DNA of 41,695 bases, from NCBI RefSeq assembly GCF_001194135.2, contig NC_068985.1:45181614-45223308 (forward strand), read 5' to 3'. The notes beneath the pieces were generated by a model. The model saw only the letters and a program-made list of their open reading frames with translations. It was not told the DNA's origin and ran no database searches. Position numbers and translations under genes: made by a program. Positions 9,593 through 22,145 of the stretch are shown in pieces (position 1 is the first letter of the stretch; each line of letters begins with the position of its first letter). This stretch comes from Octopus bimaculoides. Its lineage: Eukaryota.

Positions 9593-10339
9593 CACACATA
9601 GATATATATGCACACATACCTACATATATAGTATTATTATATACTTCCAAGTTTAAATTTGGGCATTCGTCGTGTGTGAATATAAAATTTAAAATTGAAG
9701 AAATTGGAGTCAGGAAGGAGTACGGTAGGACATTTATTTATTATTCGCTACAATTGTTTCGACGCAATGTAGTTCTCCAGGAATACAGATACTAGATTAT
9801 GTAACTGTTTGTTTGCATAATGAGATCTAGTTGTGTTTCTTCAGACGATATACGAGTGCCTTCTCCGTTAGTTTAAAATCTATTTCAAGGCCATCTTCTC
9901 TGTTTGTCGTGGTTTAAATTTACTAGCAGCTCGCATACATATGGTGCGTGCCGCGAGACCGCGTTTGTTGGGCTAATATGAATAGTAGTCGAATGCACTG
10001 GCTGGCATTTAAATGTTCTTCTATTTGGTTGTATCTCTGGTCTGTTCTTCATGGTTGGCTGCTAGTGCCAATTTCTAAAGCTGACCTTTAGTATTCAGTT
10101 GCCGGATACATACACACATACCCACAAAGATACTCACACATACTCTCTCACAAACAAACCCATTTATAGATGCGTTTATATACACATATAAGCACTTACA
10201 TATACATACATACACATACATTTCCGTACATACGCGTATATACATATCCATATTTAGGCAACTATATATATACATATGCATTCATGTGCGCACATATATA
10301 CATACACCGATCAACATGTTTTGCAAACAACATGCCCAT

Positions 10340-11800
10340 ACACGTGCTACCGGAAACCAGTAAGTGTATGGGATCATCAGGAGAGAATGTGCGTTGTTTC
10401 GAGGCTTACCTCTCGACGGCATCCAATGCACACCGGCCCTCCTGACTGATATGACCCCTCCCTTGCTAACTCAACTGGTTATCAAATAAAACTCAATATT
10501 CTTCTAGCCATCGCACATCGTCTCTCTTTCACCAAATCCAGTGGCTAGCCTTTTTCACTGTCGTTTGGATATCGGTCATGGTGGTATTTACTTTACGAGG
10601 AATTAGGCCTAACTATAACAACAGTCGTCTCACACTGTGTCCAACAAACTCTCTACATCCAACTTCGGTTGGAAAATACTCCGCTTTCCAGCCTGCTTCT
10701 TCACATTCCTCTAGGAGGTTTACATAACGGTAAGTCTTTTGAGCCCGAGTGGCGTCCATGTTATCTTCATGAGGAACCGTTAACTCGACTAGATCCACAA
10801 TTTTCTTTCACACCACATTAAAATATCGGTTTTTTCCCGTAACTGGGATGGGAAAGAGTCCCTAGCACCCTGGTAAATCTGCAGTCACTTCCCAATAGCC
10901 GTTCCACTTTTCATCGCACACAGGACGTTTGTTGTTCTTGAAACAGATCCGCTGTCCTGAGCGCACGAAGTTAATGAAATCTCTAGTTAGTACTTTCAAC
11001 GTTTATTTATTTATTTTTTTTACTGTTGTTGAGATCAATTTGGTTCTTTATAGCATTGAAGATAACCTTAAGGACCAGGTTGTATCTCCATGTATACCTG
11101 TTCAATGCTAGTGAACAGCTGAAAAGAATATGTTTCAGTGTTTTGACCTTTCCGCATTTGCATATGTCATTCTCTGAGACGTTCCATTTTACTAGATTTG
11201 CAGGTGATGGGAAAACATCATAGGATGAACAAATCAGAAAACTTAGCCGAGATGTGGTCCACCTCCATATTTCATCCCAACTTATTTTCCTCTCAATAAC
11301 ATGTTCCTCCCATCTCGTCATCTGTCCTTGTTGACTGCATCGGATCAAATGAAGCTCTTTTCTCTCGCCTTCTCTTGTTTGGACGCTGTTGCTAACAACA
11401 GATCTGCGTTCGCTCCGCATCATACTCGCAAACGGTCTGAACCGATCTGCGCCAAAACCAAGTCTCTTCCGATGAATTTGCGTTGCGCCCACCATATCTC
11501 GGTAAGAGAAGACTGGGTGTTATCAGTCTCTGCTTCTACTTTCCACTTCCTGGCTGTTTTCACATCTAGTGGATTACGCCTGATTTCCATGTCCTTCGAC
11601 TCTCTCAGCACCATCACCACCGTTCGTACCTTTCCGTGATTATATATTTTGACTATCGACGCCAGTGGTAACTGCAACGAGCCTCTTTTACGATGAAGAG
11701 CTGAACTGTTCAATATCCGAGGTAGGCCTAGCCGCTTTCTAATGAACACATTGTATTTTTGTTCAATGATCTGAACTCAGGACAAAGGTACCTCGTATAT
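10340..11800 (-). mobile_element. Decayed RLE-type non-LTR retrotransposon, HERO-like, 3' part
   Basis: FIRKRLGLPRILNSSAL, RLSFLICSSYDVFPSPANL, CKCGKVKTLKHILFSC (CCHC knuckle), DILMWCERKIVDLVELTVPHEDN and FPTEVGCREF (PD-(D/E)xK RLE). Clade assigned from recalled HERO motifs. Confidence 0.85.
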
Positions 11801-12082
11801 TAAAATACACTGTTGTTGATATTTATTACTATCTGTTTCATGCTTTTAACGACAAGACAGGAAAACTTCATAAGACAGCAGCATCCAGAAAGTTTAAAAA
11901 TATAAAATTTTTGGAGAGTTAGGGCATCGAACGAACAAACGACACCAGAGTGGACTGACAACTGAGGAGGAGTTAGGCTTCTTTTGGTATTTTGTCTCGA
12001 ACTTGTCTCTCGTTTTGTGGTTACGTATTTTTCGCTCGTTGGTGATGTCCTGTACTTAATGTGATCTTTTTTCATTTTTATA

Positions 12083-12128
12083 ATATATATATATATATAT
12101 ATTATAGATAGATAGATAGATAGATAGT
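12083..12128. repeat. (TA)n/(GATA)n microsatellite
   Basis: Visible repeat. Confidence 0.93.
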
Positions 12129-12339
12129 CATTAAACGATTCTATTAATCATACCTTTGGGGCTACTCAGATTTTCGTGGTCTGAAACAAATTTTTATGTC
12201 CCCCGACACTGGGGAAATATTTCAATTTCAAGTAAAGTAGGAAGAGACTGAAGATATGAAAACGGTGTGAGACTGCGAGATCCAGGATGGCCCTCCAAGT
12301 TATATTTGCTCGAATTGCTTAACGAATGCATATATACGA

Positions 12340-12575
12340 ACATAAATGCATCCATACAAACATACATACATACAAGCATACATACATACATACATACATA
12401 TATACGTATACATATATACATACATACATGCATGCATGCATACATACATTATGCATATATGCATACATGCTTGTATGCATTCATCAGTATTTATAGATCA
12501 GTGTATATATACACACATACCTACATACATGTGTGTGTATGTGTGTGTATGATATATATAATTTATTAATATATA
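12340..12575. repeat. (TACA)n-rich compound microsatellite
   Basis: Visible repeat. Confidence 0.9.
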
Positions 12576-12877
12576 ACTCGGCATGCTTCCTTCCTTTCAG
12601 CAGCAAGGTGTCATATCAATATTTTTCTATCGAACGAGGAGTTTTTCCTATATTTTAACAAAATATTTTGAAGTCGTTTTTTTTTTCTATTTTGAAATAT
12701 AAAAAGTAAGACAAATTAATATTGCAAGCAAAATAAGAAATTTTCGCCACTTTGCACCTGAACACGTCTGATTTACATTCAGGCAAATAAAACCGAGTTT
12801 CTTGGAGGGAATTATAGCATGAAGTAATAAACACGTTCGCGCACACACTTACACACACACTTACACACACACACACA

Positions 12878-13353
12878 NNNNNNNNNNNNNNNNNNNNNNN
12901 NNNNNNNNNNNNNNNNNNNNNNNNNNNNNNNNNNNNNNNNNNNNNNNNNNNNNNNNNNNNNNNNNNNNNNNNNNNNNNNNNNNNNNNNNNNNNNNNNNNN
13001 NNNNNNNNNNNNNNNNNNNNNNNNNNNNNNNNNNNNNNNNNNNNNNNNNNNNNNNNNNNNNNNNNNNNNNNNNNNNNNNNNNNNNNNNNNNNNNNNNNNN
13101 NNNNNNNNNNNNNNNNNNNNNNNNNNNNNNNNNNNNNNNNNNNNNNNNNNNNNNNNNNNNNNNNNNNNNNNNNNNNNNNNNNNNNNNNNNNNNNNNNNNN
13201 NNNNNNNNNNNNNNNNNNNNNNNNNNNNNNNNNNNNNNNNNNNNNNNNNNNNNNNNNNNNNNNNNNNNNNNNNNNNNNNNNNNNNNNNNNNNNNNNNNNN
13301 NNNNNNNNNNNNNNNNNNNNNNNNNNNNNNNNNNNNNNNNNNNNNNNNNNNNN
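12878..13353. other. Assembly gap (N run)
   Basis: N run flanked by CA and TA repeats. Confidence 0.99.
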
Positions 13354-13646
13354 TATATATATATATATATATATCCACACATCCACATGTATACACATCC
13401 ATACATACAACACACACATACATAGGCTCATCCGATTGTAAACGTTGGAATTTAACCGTTACTTATAATAGGGGTGTCAGCGCTATGTATTGATGTGTAT
13501 AAATACAAACTTGTAAGCGGTTCCATTGAGCTCGAAGCATATTCGCACCCTCTAGAAAGCCATTCCCTGTATTTTGTAATGGAGAACATTTCTTGCTGCA
13601 GACAAATAGGTGTAAATACACTGAGTCAGTTCTCAGTATTCCCTAA

Positions 13647-13704
13647 CCAGACTTGGACGAATGCATTTCGGAGTGGTTATCTCCTCTTCAGCAAAAGAGA
13701 CTGG
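13647..13704 (-). ncRNA. Type I hammerhead ribozyme with canonical core
   Basis: Minus strand: CCAGTCTCTTTTG-CTGAAGA-GGAG-ATAACCA-CTCC-GAAA-TGCAT-T-CGTCCAAGTCTGG. Perfect 4-bp stem II closed by G-C, palindromic stem III ATGCAT, ATT triplet, and an interrupted stem I with distal CCAG/CTGG. Confidence 0.75.
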
Positions 13705-14139
13705 AAAGCCTGATCCTGCAACTGACACAAGGTACAGGTCTCTCTTATGATATTCCAGTCATCGTTCAATGACAGGTGGCGCTACCGAGCCGCTCGCCGA
13801 AAATATTTCTGCATTTTTTTCTGTATTGTGTTGCTTTTTCTTCTAGTGTTTTCTATTATTTTATTTAGTTTATTTTTAAATTTAGCTTTATTTTCAACGC
13901 TAACACTTTCACCTGGTCTACAACACCACCGCTAACAACACTAGCAGTAAGCCTCTATACTATCAGCATTATTATGGCCACCAAATCCAGAACTTCTTTT
14001 AGTTATACTACTAAGACTAATACCACGATGTCTGCGGCCAATACGTAATGTAGAGTCAACATCATTGTAACCAATACCACGAATAATATCATATTTCCCA
14101 TTACATCCCCAGACACATGTAATAGCTTATGCCACCAAA

Positions 14140-14345
14140 ATCATTACTACCACCATCACCACCATCATCTGAAAGAATAGCAGCAGCGTTGTCACTTCAA
14201 CCACTTCTACCACCTCCTCCAGTGTTATACATGAAGCACCACAACGACGACGACGACCACCACCACCACCATCACCACCACCACCTGAACCATCAACATC
14301 ACGATCTATATCACTACTGCTACTGCTAGAGATACTACGACCACT
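14140..14345. repeat. Degenerate CAC/CAT/GAC trinucleotide region
   Basis: Visible low complexity. Confidence 0.85.
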
Positions 14346-14875
14346 ACTGTTATCTCCAATACTCACAGCACAAACATCAGCAAATAGCAGTCCTAATGAA
14401 GTAAAACTACATCTATCAGCGTTACAAGACTAACAATTAATAACACTAACTTGTTTTCAACGGCACAATGGCTAATACAACTGACAGAGGGTTGTGAACG
14501 ACTTAACGATACTTTACCAAAACACTAAAGCACTATCTTGACCACAAACACCACTACCAAAGTAAAATATTAGAACACCAACACTTCATTCAAGCTTACA
14601 ATAAACAAAGTCATCTTGACCAACAACACAACACCCCTCACCACAGTCAACAACACCAGAACTAAATGTGTGTCCTTTTATCAAAGTAAGAAATCTAATT
14701 ACAAAAATAAGTGAAAAATCCCGAGCAGGCTCCACTTAGTCATTCCTTAATTTAGTGTTGATAAAATAAATGAGCAATAATATAGTGTAGTCTAACTAAA
14801 TGAACTGCACCACATCGGCCTGCTTTGTAGCTTATGGGCTAATTTTAGAGATCGTTATTATGATCATTGGCTTAA

Positions 14876-15088
14876 TGCGGTGACATGGTAGAATCGGCAA
14901 CGTACCGAACACAACGTTTAGCATCATTTCGTCCGTCTTTACGTTCTGAGCTCAAATTCCGCCGAGGTCGACCTTGCCTTTTATCCTTTCGGGGATGATA
15001 AAATAAGTACCAACCAAGTACTGGAGTCGTTGCAGTCAGCTTCCCCCTCCTGTGAAAAAACCGTTGCACCTGTGTCAAAATTTGAAAC
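14876..15088 (+). mobile_element. SINE family A
   Basis: ctcaaattccgccgaggtcgaccttgccttttatcctttcgggg; tail ctgtgtcaaaatttgaaact. Confidence 0.85.
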
Positions 15089-15559
15089 TATTATTATAAT
15101 AGAGGTATAATAGATAGGTATAATAAAAGTAGCATATAAAATTGGTGGCATGGTAGTCAAAGTAGCTTGTTGTACGTTGTATTACGTAAAAGAGTTCAAC
15201 ATTCCACTTGGGTTTACTTTGAAACTTCTGTTGTCGATAAAAAGTAACAAGCACGTAATGCAGTCTGCATCTTCCTCCAAAACGTACCCACAACCCGTGC
15301 CTTATTTAAAAATCAATATTTGTATAAGAAGTAGAATTTTGGAAAAATAGTAATATTTGTTCCAGCTCTTTGCTTTCTGGGTTCGAATCTTGCTGAGATC
15401 AATTATACTTTCCATCATTCTAGGTTGATAAAATGAAGTATCGGGAAAATGCTGAAATGTGTATAATCGAATACATCCACTTATCACACACGTTGATACA
15501 CAAACGTTCAGTGTGGTTTTAACACCAGTATTTCCTTGACGATAAGCATGTGTGGTCAC

Positions 15560-16330
15560 TGTTAGACTTGCTTTCCGTAGCTCATCGCTTTGACTAAGTT
15601 GCATTCCTGGATCAAGCTTAGACCGAGGCAGAGCGCCTGGCACCTGGTCTATCGTCAGCCGCTCACAGCCCTCTGGCAGTTGAGCAATGTGGTCGGTAAA
15701 ATTTCAACTTTAGTGTTCTATAGAGGCTTAGTGGAGGGCAAGAGTGACAACAATCTCGTGGAGACTCTGGACGTCGATGAGGACCACCTGGCCGGTTTGT
15801 GCTGGGAAACTGGGCTAATAAATAATTACCAGAGATTTCTGGCTTGCCACTGCCACCAGTGGGTGGGGGGACATTGTCGGTTCGAGACAATCTTTACAGG
15901 CATGGAAGTGTTATGCGAGCAAGGCGATGAAACTGTCCAGTGCCCGGGCATTGCTGACTTGTGGAGTTATGTTGAACGCCAGATGTTTCGTGTAGAACGA
16001 ATCCAACCATCTGTCGAGCACGTTGTAAAGATATTCCTGCCGTCTTCCTTTGGCCGCGGAAGAAAAGCAGTATTTAACCGTCTAGTGACCGTAGCGAAAG
16101 CAGTTTCTGTAGTGGACCAAATTGAAAGGGCTGAAAGTAAAATCCTTTCTCTTTGACCAAGTCCAAATTGAATTTTTCAAGTTTCACTTGAAAAGGAATA
16201 TGAGGGCAGTGAAGAAAGTGCTGCCTTATGGGAAATTTGTTGAAAAGTGGGAGAGAATTCTGCTGTCTTAAGTGAAAATTTTGGCTGATTAATTTATTCA
16301 TATGTCCATTTCCAATATTATTTTAGGCAC
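15560..16330 (+). mobile_element. Decayed L1/Tx1-type LINE ORF2 C-terminus
   Basis: ORF 15590-16156: FYRGLVEGKSD, NNYQRFLACHC, CEQGDETVQCPGIADLWSYVE (zinc-finger-like), then FFKFHLKR and a T-rich 3' region. Confidence 0.7.
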
Positions 16331-17031
16331 CTCTCTTTGCATTCCTCTTTCTTCTCTATTTTAGTCTTCTTTGTTTTTCTTTTTGCTTCTTCCTTTTTTT
16401 TTCTTTTGTTTCTATTCGTTAAAACTAAATCAACTATATCGTGGAGGTGGAAGTCATTTATACTACACACGCACATATCTGTTATATTTAATACATGCAG
16501 GGGAAATATTTTACTGTTCAGGTTATGAATATCCGCATAGTACTTTGCATTTTATAATACTATTGTGATAAAACACAAACAGTATTAAAAACAGTTTACT
16601 ATAATTTGTTAAAGAACTATAGAGTTAAGGAAATGCTTTTATAGCACATTTGTGTCGAAGCAGATGAGGTATGAATGGAGGTAAAAAACAATCTTCAGAA
16701 AAAAGAAAACACACGTAGAAAGATATTTAAAAAAAATGAAAATAGCAGTTAAACTAAAGAAAGTAAAAATTAACAGTTAAATCTATAATCATTCGCTGAT
16801 GCTGGATAATATCTTTCTATGTCCAGTAGATTATTTAGATTCTTATCAGAGAATTTCGATTAGCTAGAATAAATAAATATCTCGGATCAAGCGCTCATAG
16901 CCGAGATTAATATAGTTCCAACAGTAGGAGTGTAGTAGCACGTGAGCATGAAATATCTGCTTCCTACTATAAAAGAATGACTTCGTGTAATGACCAGAAA
17001 CACAAACCATAAATAACACAAGAATTACAAT

Positions 17032-17125
17032 AATTGCCGATTATGCGGACATCGTAAAGAGCCAATCAACTACATTATTTCAGGTTGTCCAGTATTACGT
17101 AAAACCTGATTATATCATCAGGCAG
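17032..17125 (+). mobile_element. RLE-type LINE zinc-knuckle fragment (R4/Dong-like)
   Basis: NCRLCGHRKEPINYIISGCPVL, then frameshifted KPDYIIRQ. Confidence 0.65.
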
Positions 17126-17160
17126 AGAATATTCTGTAATTTATATGAACTACAAGGGAC

Positions 17161-17315
17161 TGGGGCGGATGGTAGAATCAGTAAAGGAGCCCCCATGACA
17201 AAATGCCTTCGGCGTTTTTAATTACCTCCATTTAGGTTTCAGTTTAAATGGCACAAAGGTCGGCTTTCCAGACTCATTAAAATTAGTACCAGTCAAGTAC
17301 TGGAGTCAATCTAAT
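17161..17315 (+). mobile_element. Highly diverged SINE family A
   Basis: ggtagaatc head and tagtaccagtcaagtactggagtcaat match other copies. Confidence 0.5.
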
Positions 17316-17842
17316 ACCTTACAAACCCTTACCCATAAAAATATATGGTCTTCTGCTAATATTAGGAATCCTTTTATACTGAACCGGAAATTTACTAATC
17401 ACTAGAAAATTGGCTGCGAAATTAGAAGATTTATCCAAACAGTCTGAACAGTGTGTAAGCAGGAGGTATAGCCGTGGAGGCACTATCTTATTGCTTTGTT
17501 CTTGGTTAATATTCAAGGAGCAGGCCTATAATCTGAGACGTTCTAATCATGACCTTCACGTCTTTTTTAAAGTGATATTGCCTTCAGAACTACGTTATTC
17601 TTGATAGTCATGTCTCATTTTCTTCTGAGATTTGATGGATGTTTCATCAGACTGAGCAACTGCATAGAAGCTTCCCTTTCTGCTCGACATTGAAATGAGT
17701 ACTTGTAATTGTTGTCGATGTTCGATGTTGTTATTGTTTAATCGTAGGCCAATACTGACTGAGCTGACCTATAAACACAAGCACTCCGACCATAACCATC
17801 CAAATTTTAGGTTTCTATAATTATATCATGCAGAATGCATAT

Positions 17843-18208
17843 CTTTGACTGCGGCCAAGCTGGAGCACCGCCTTTAGTCGAGCAAATCGACCCCAGGACT
17901 TATTCTTTGTAAGCCTAGTACTTATTCTAAAGGGCTCTCTTGCCGAACTGCTACGTCACGCGGACGTAAACACACCAGTAACAGGTGTCAAGCGATGTTG
18001 GGGGTGACAAACACAGACACACAAACATATAATACATATATATATACACGACGGGCTTCTTTCAGTTTCCGTCTACCAAATCCACTCACAAGGCTTTGGT
18101 CGGTCCGAGGCTATAATAGAAGACACTTGCCCATGGTGCCACGTAGTGGGACTGAACCTGGAACCATATGGTTGGTAAGCAAGCTACTTACCACACAGCC
18201 ACTCCTAT
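17843..18208 (-). mobile_element. Full-length CORE-type SINE family B
   Basis: Minus-strand tRNA-like head (gagtggctgtgtggtaag, ggttcagtccc), CORE-like gtggcaccatgggcaagtgtcttct, internal TA/CA spacer and 3' tail. Confidence 0.9.
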
Positions 18209-18212
18209 ATAT

Positions 18213-18935
18213 NNNNNNNNNNNNNNNNNNNNNNNNNNNNNNNNNNNNNNNNNNNNNNNNNNNNNNNNNNNNNNNNNNNNNNNNNNNNNNNNNNNNNNNN
18301 NNNNNNNNNNNNNNNNNNNNNNNNNNNNNNNNNNNNNNNNNNNNNNNNNNNNNNNNNNNNNNNNNNNNNNNNNNNNNNNNNNNNNNNNNNNNNNNNNNNN
18401 NNNNNNNNNNNNNNNNNNNNNNNNNNNNNNNNNNNNNNNNNNNNNNNNNNNNNNNNNNNNNNNNNNNNNNNNNNNNNNNNNNNNNNNNNNNNNNNNNNNN
18501 NNNNNNNNNNNNNNNNNNNNNNNNNNNNNNNNNNNNNNNNNNNNNNNNNNNNNNNNNNNNNNNNNNNNNNNNNNNNNNNNNNNNNNNNNNNNNNNNNNNN
18601 NNNNNNNNNNNNNNNNNNNNNNNNNNNNNNNNNNNNNNNNNNNNNNNNNNNNNNNNNNNNNNNNNNNNNNNNNNNNNNNNNNNNNNNNNNNNNNNNNNNN
18701 NNNNNNNNNNNNNNNNNNNNNNNNNNNNNNNNNNNNNNNNNNNNNNNNNNNNNNNNNNNNNNNNNNNNNNNNNNNNNNNNNNNNNNNNNNNNNNNNNNNN
18801 NNNNNNNNNNNNNNNNNNNNNNNNNNNNNNNNNNNNNNNNNNNNNNNNNNNNNNNNNNNNNNNNNNNNNNNNNNNNNNNNNNNNNNNNNNNNNNNNNNNN
18901 NNNNNNNNNNNNNNNNNNNNNNNNNNNNNNNNNNN
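18213..18935. other. Assembly gap (N run)
   Basis: N run. Confidence 0.99.
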
Positions 18936-18944
18936 CACTCAGGC

Positions 18945-19415
18945 AACTATGTATGTGTGTGCGTGTGTGTGCGAGTGTGTGAGTGCGTGTGTGTGTGTGT
19001 GTATGTGCGTGTGATATATATATATATATATATATGGGTACACAAATATTCATACGCATATATATACATATACATGTGTCAGTGTGTGAAGATACAAGCA
19101 CACACATACGCACACACATACGCACCCACATACGCACACACATACGCACACACACACACACATATATGTGACGTCTATGTATGCCTATAAGTGTGTGTGT
19201 GTGTATGTTTATATATATATATTTATATATATATATTTATATATATATATTTATATATACATATGCATACATAATAGATACATACATACACACACACACA
19301 CATTTATATATATATGAGTGAAAATACATACATAATTGTGTATATAATATCCATAAAATTTAATGACATAAATGGGATGACGAAAGAGGAAAAGAAGAAT
19401 AAGGGGCTGAACGCA

Positions 19416-19468
<53 letters not shown>

Positions 19469-19600
19469 TGAGGGAATGTAAAACTATCATATATGAACGT
19501 GTGTGTGTGTATATGTATGTGTGTGTGTGTGTGAGTGTGTTTGTGTGTGTGTATGTGTGTGTGTGTGTGTGTGAGTGTGTGTGTATCCGTGTGTGTAGGG
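18945..19600. repeat. Compound TG/TA/CA microsatellite field including (GTA)n at 19418-19468
   Basis: Visible repeats. Confidence 0.9.
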
Positions 19601-19865
19601 TCTTGCCGATCTAAAAATCCTGCCATGCAAGGGTAGGGTCTCGTTGCGTTCCCCATTTCGTGTTCGCGTTCTATAAAGCATTGAATACAATACCTGTGTT
19701 CTGCACTTCCATATATATACACACACATACATATGTATACACACACACACCCACACTCACTCACTCACTCACACACACACACACACAAACACACACACGC
19801 ACACACACACACATATATATGTAATATATGATTATACATTTATATATATATATATATATATATAT

Positions 19866-20283
19866 NNNNNNNNNNNNNNNNNNNNNNNNNNNNNNNNNNN
19901 NNNNNNNNNNNNNNNNNNNNNNNNNNNNNNNNNNNNNNNNNNNNNNNNNNNNNNNNNNNNNNNNNNNNNNNNNNNNNNNNNNNNNNNNNNNNNNNNNNNN
20001 NNNNNNNNNNNNNNNNNNNNNNNNNNNNNNNNNNNNNNNNNNNNNNNNNNNNNNNNNNNNNNNNNNNNNNNNNNNNNNNNNNNNNNNNNNNNNNNNNNNN
20101 NNNNNNNNNNNNNNNNNNNNNNNNNNNNNNNNNNNNNNNNNNNNNNNNNNNNNNNNNNNNNNNNNNNNNNNNNNNNNNNNNNNNNNNNNNNNNNNNNNNN
20201 NNNNNNNNNNNNNNNNNNNNNNNNNNNNNNNNNNNNNNNNNNNNNNNNNNNNNNNNNNNNNNNNNNNNNNNNNNNNNNNNNNN
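19866..20283. other. Assembly gap (N run)
   Basis: N run flanked by (TA)n on both sides. Confidence 0.99.
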
Positions 20284-20329
<46 letters not shown>

Positions 20330-21429
20330 GCATATACAGGCGTTGAAATTCATAAATGTGCATGTAGGCTCATACGTCAATGTATACTTACACATAGCAT
20401 GCACACACATACACGTACTTTCTCATTTGCATACACCTGCATACATACAAGCGCACATACATGCAAACACATATACCAACTTTTGCACATACGGATACGC
20501 ATGCGCAGTACAAACACATACACAAACACACAGCAGCACATTCATAAGCACGTACCAGCACAGAAACAGTTATTTTCACATGACCCTAGACCATACAAAC
20601 AGAGACACACAAACATTCATATACACACAAACACAAATATACACATATATACACACAGAGTCATCGGCAGAGTAATAGTAGATTTCATATATCTCACTTT
20701 CCCCTCTCACACTAAACTCTGACTCTCTCTAATATATTACCCTCTCATTTTTTTTCTCTCACTCTCTTTTCACTTCAACTCTCACTGCTACTATTTCACT
20801 GAAAGCAGACGACAGAAGTGTTCGAAGTTATGGTACCCCGAGGAGAATTAAAATTGTCTACCACTCGACATGGCCCTCATAAACCAGAATATATTTGACT
20901 GAGGAACATTTCCATTCCCTTAGGATGATATGTGCTGATGTCTCTTTTTTTCTTTCCTTTTCGCAATGGGGTCAGATACAGGAAAAGGGGAAAGATATTG
21001 AAGAGATTTAACAAACCAAGTCAATCATTCTGATATTTCTCGCTATCGGTCTTTCCCGTCCTTTTGCCGTCCTCTTTTTCTCTCCTTCTTACTCATTCTT
21101 CTTTTTCTCCCAAAATATCTCGCATACATTCAAAAGGCGACACATATATATTCGTACAAAGATAGATACGCATTTATGGAAGTATATATCTATGTATGCA
21201 TGCACGCATGTATATACACATATTATGGGCCTGTAACTGTGTGCATGCAAGTATATATGTCTCGTGTATTTTGGATCCTCTACAGCTTGCGTGTGTCAAT
21301 CTTTGTGCTTGTGTGTGTATATATCTATCTAGATATTTATGTGTATGCGCTTATATTTGTGAGCTAAGAGCTTTGCCATTCTCTACCATCTAGTTACATG
21401 TATGGATGTCTAAGCGCCTTACATATATA

Positions 21430-21519
21430 NNNNNNNNNNNNNNNNNNNNNNNNNNNNNNNNNNNNNNNNNNNNNNNNNNNNNNNNNNNNNNNNNNNNNNN
21501 NNNNNNNNNNNNNNNNNNN
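21430..21519. other. Assembly gap (N run)
   Basis: N run flanked by (TA)n. Confidence 0.99.
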
Positions 21520-21553
<34 letters not shown>

Positions 21554-21619
21554 TGATTGTATGTATAGAAACTTATCTGTCCACCTGTCATTCATATATT
21601 TTGCCATGTAATATATCTG

Positions 21620-21855
21620 AATGTATGTGAAATAGAAGGGTGTGTGTGTATATATGTGTGTGTGTGTGTATGTATGTATATATACATGGTTGTGCGTGTG
21701 CGTGTCTGTGTGACCCTGTGCTTGTGCGTATGCATATATGTATATGCGTATATAAATATATATACATATAGACATTGTCATATATAAAGGTGAAACACAT
21801 ACATATATCTATATATCTGTTTATCTGTGGGTGTATTTGCTTGTGCACGCATGTA

Positions 21856-21888
<33 letters not shown>

Positions 21889-22145
21889 GTGCGCGTGCGT
21901 GTGCGTGTGGGTGCGTGTGCGTGCGAGTGCGTGTGCGTGTGTGTGCTTGTGAATATGTGTGTGAGTGAGTGTTCATATATGCAGTACGTATTTATGGTTT
22001 ATATATGCATTTATGAATGCATGCATGTATACATGCATATGTATGTATGTATGTATGTATGTATGCATGCATGCATGCATGTATGTATGTATGTATGTAT
22101 GTTTGTATGTATGTATGTATGTATGTATGTGTGCGTATATATATA
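21620..22145. repeat. Compound TG/(TATG)n microsatellite field
   Basis: Visible repeats. Confidence 0.9.

Noticed and set aside
12279-12300. CTGAAGA in this region and other isolated CTGATGA/CTGAAGA heptamers (e.g. near 9840, 17115, 17645, 23495, 24005, 30908, 31583, 37345)
   Set aside because: No compatible stem II, GAAA, stem III and stem I arrangement was found by eye.
19590-19710. Short complex island between microsatellites, checked for twister or other ribozyme folds and coding potential
   Set aside because: No conserved ribozyme core or splice-bounded frame was found.
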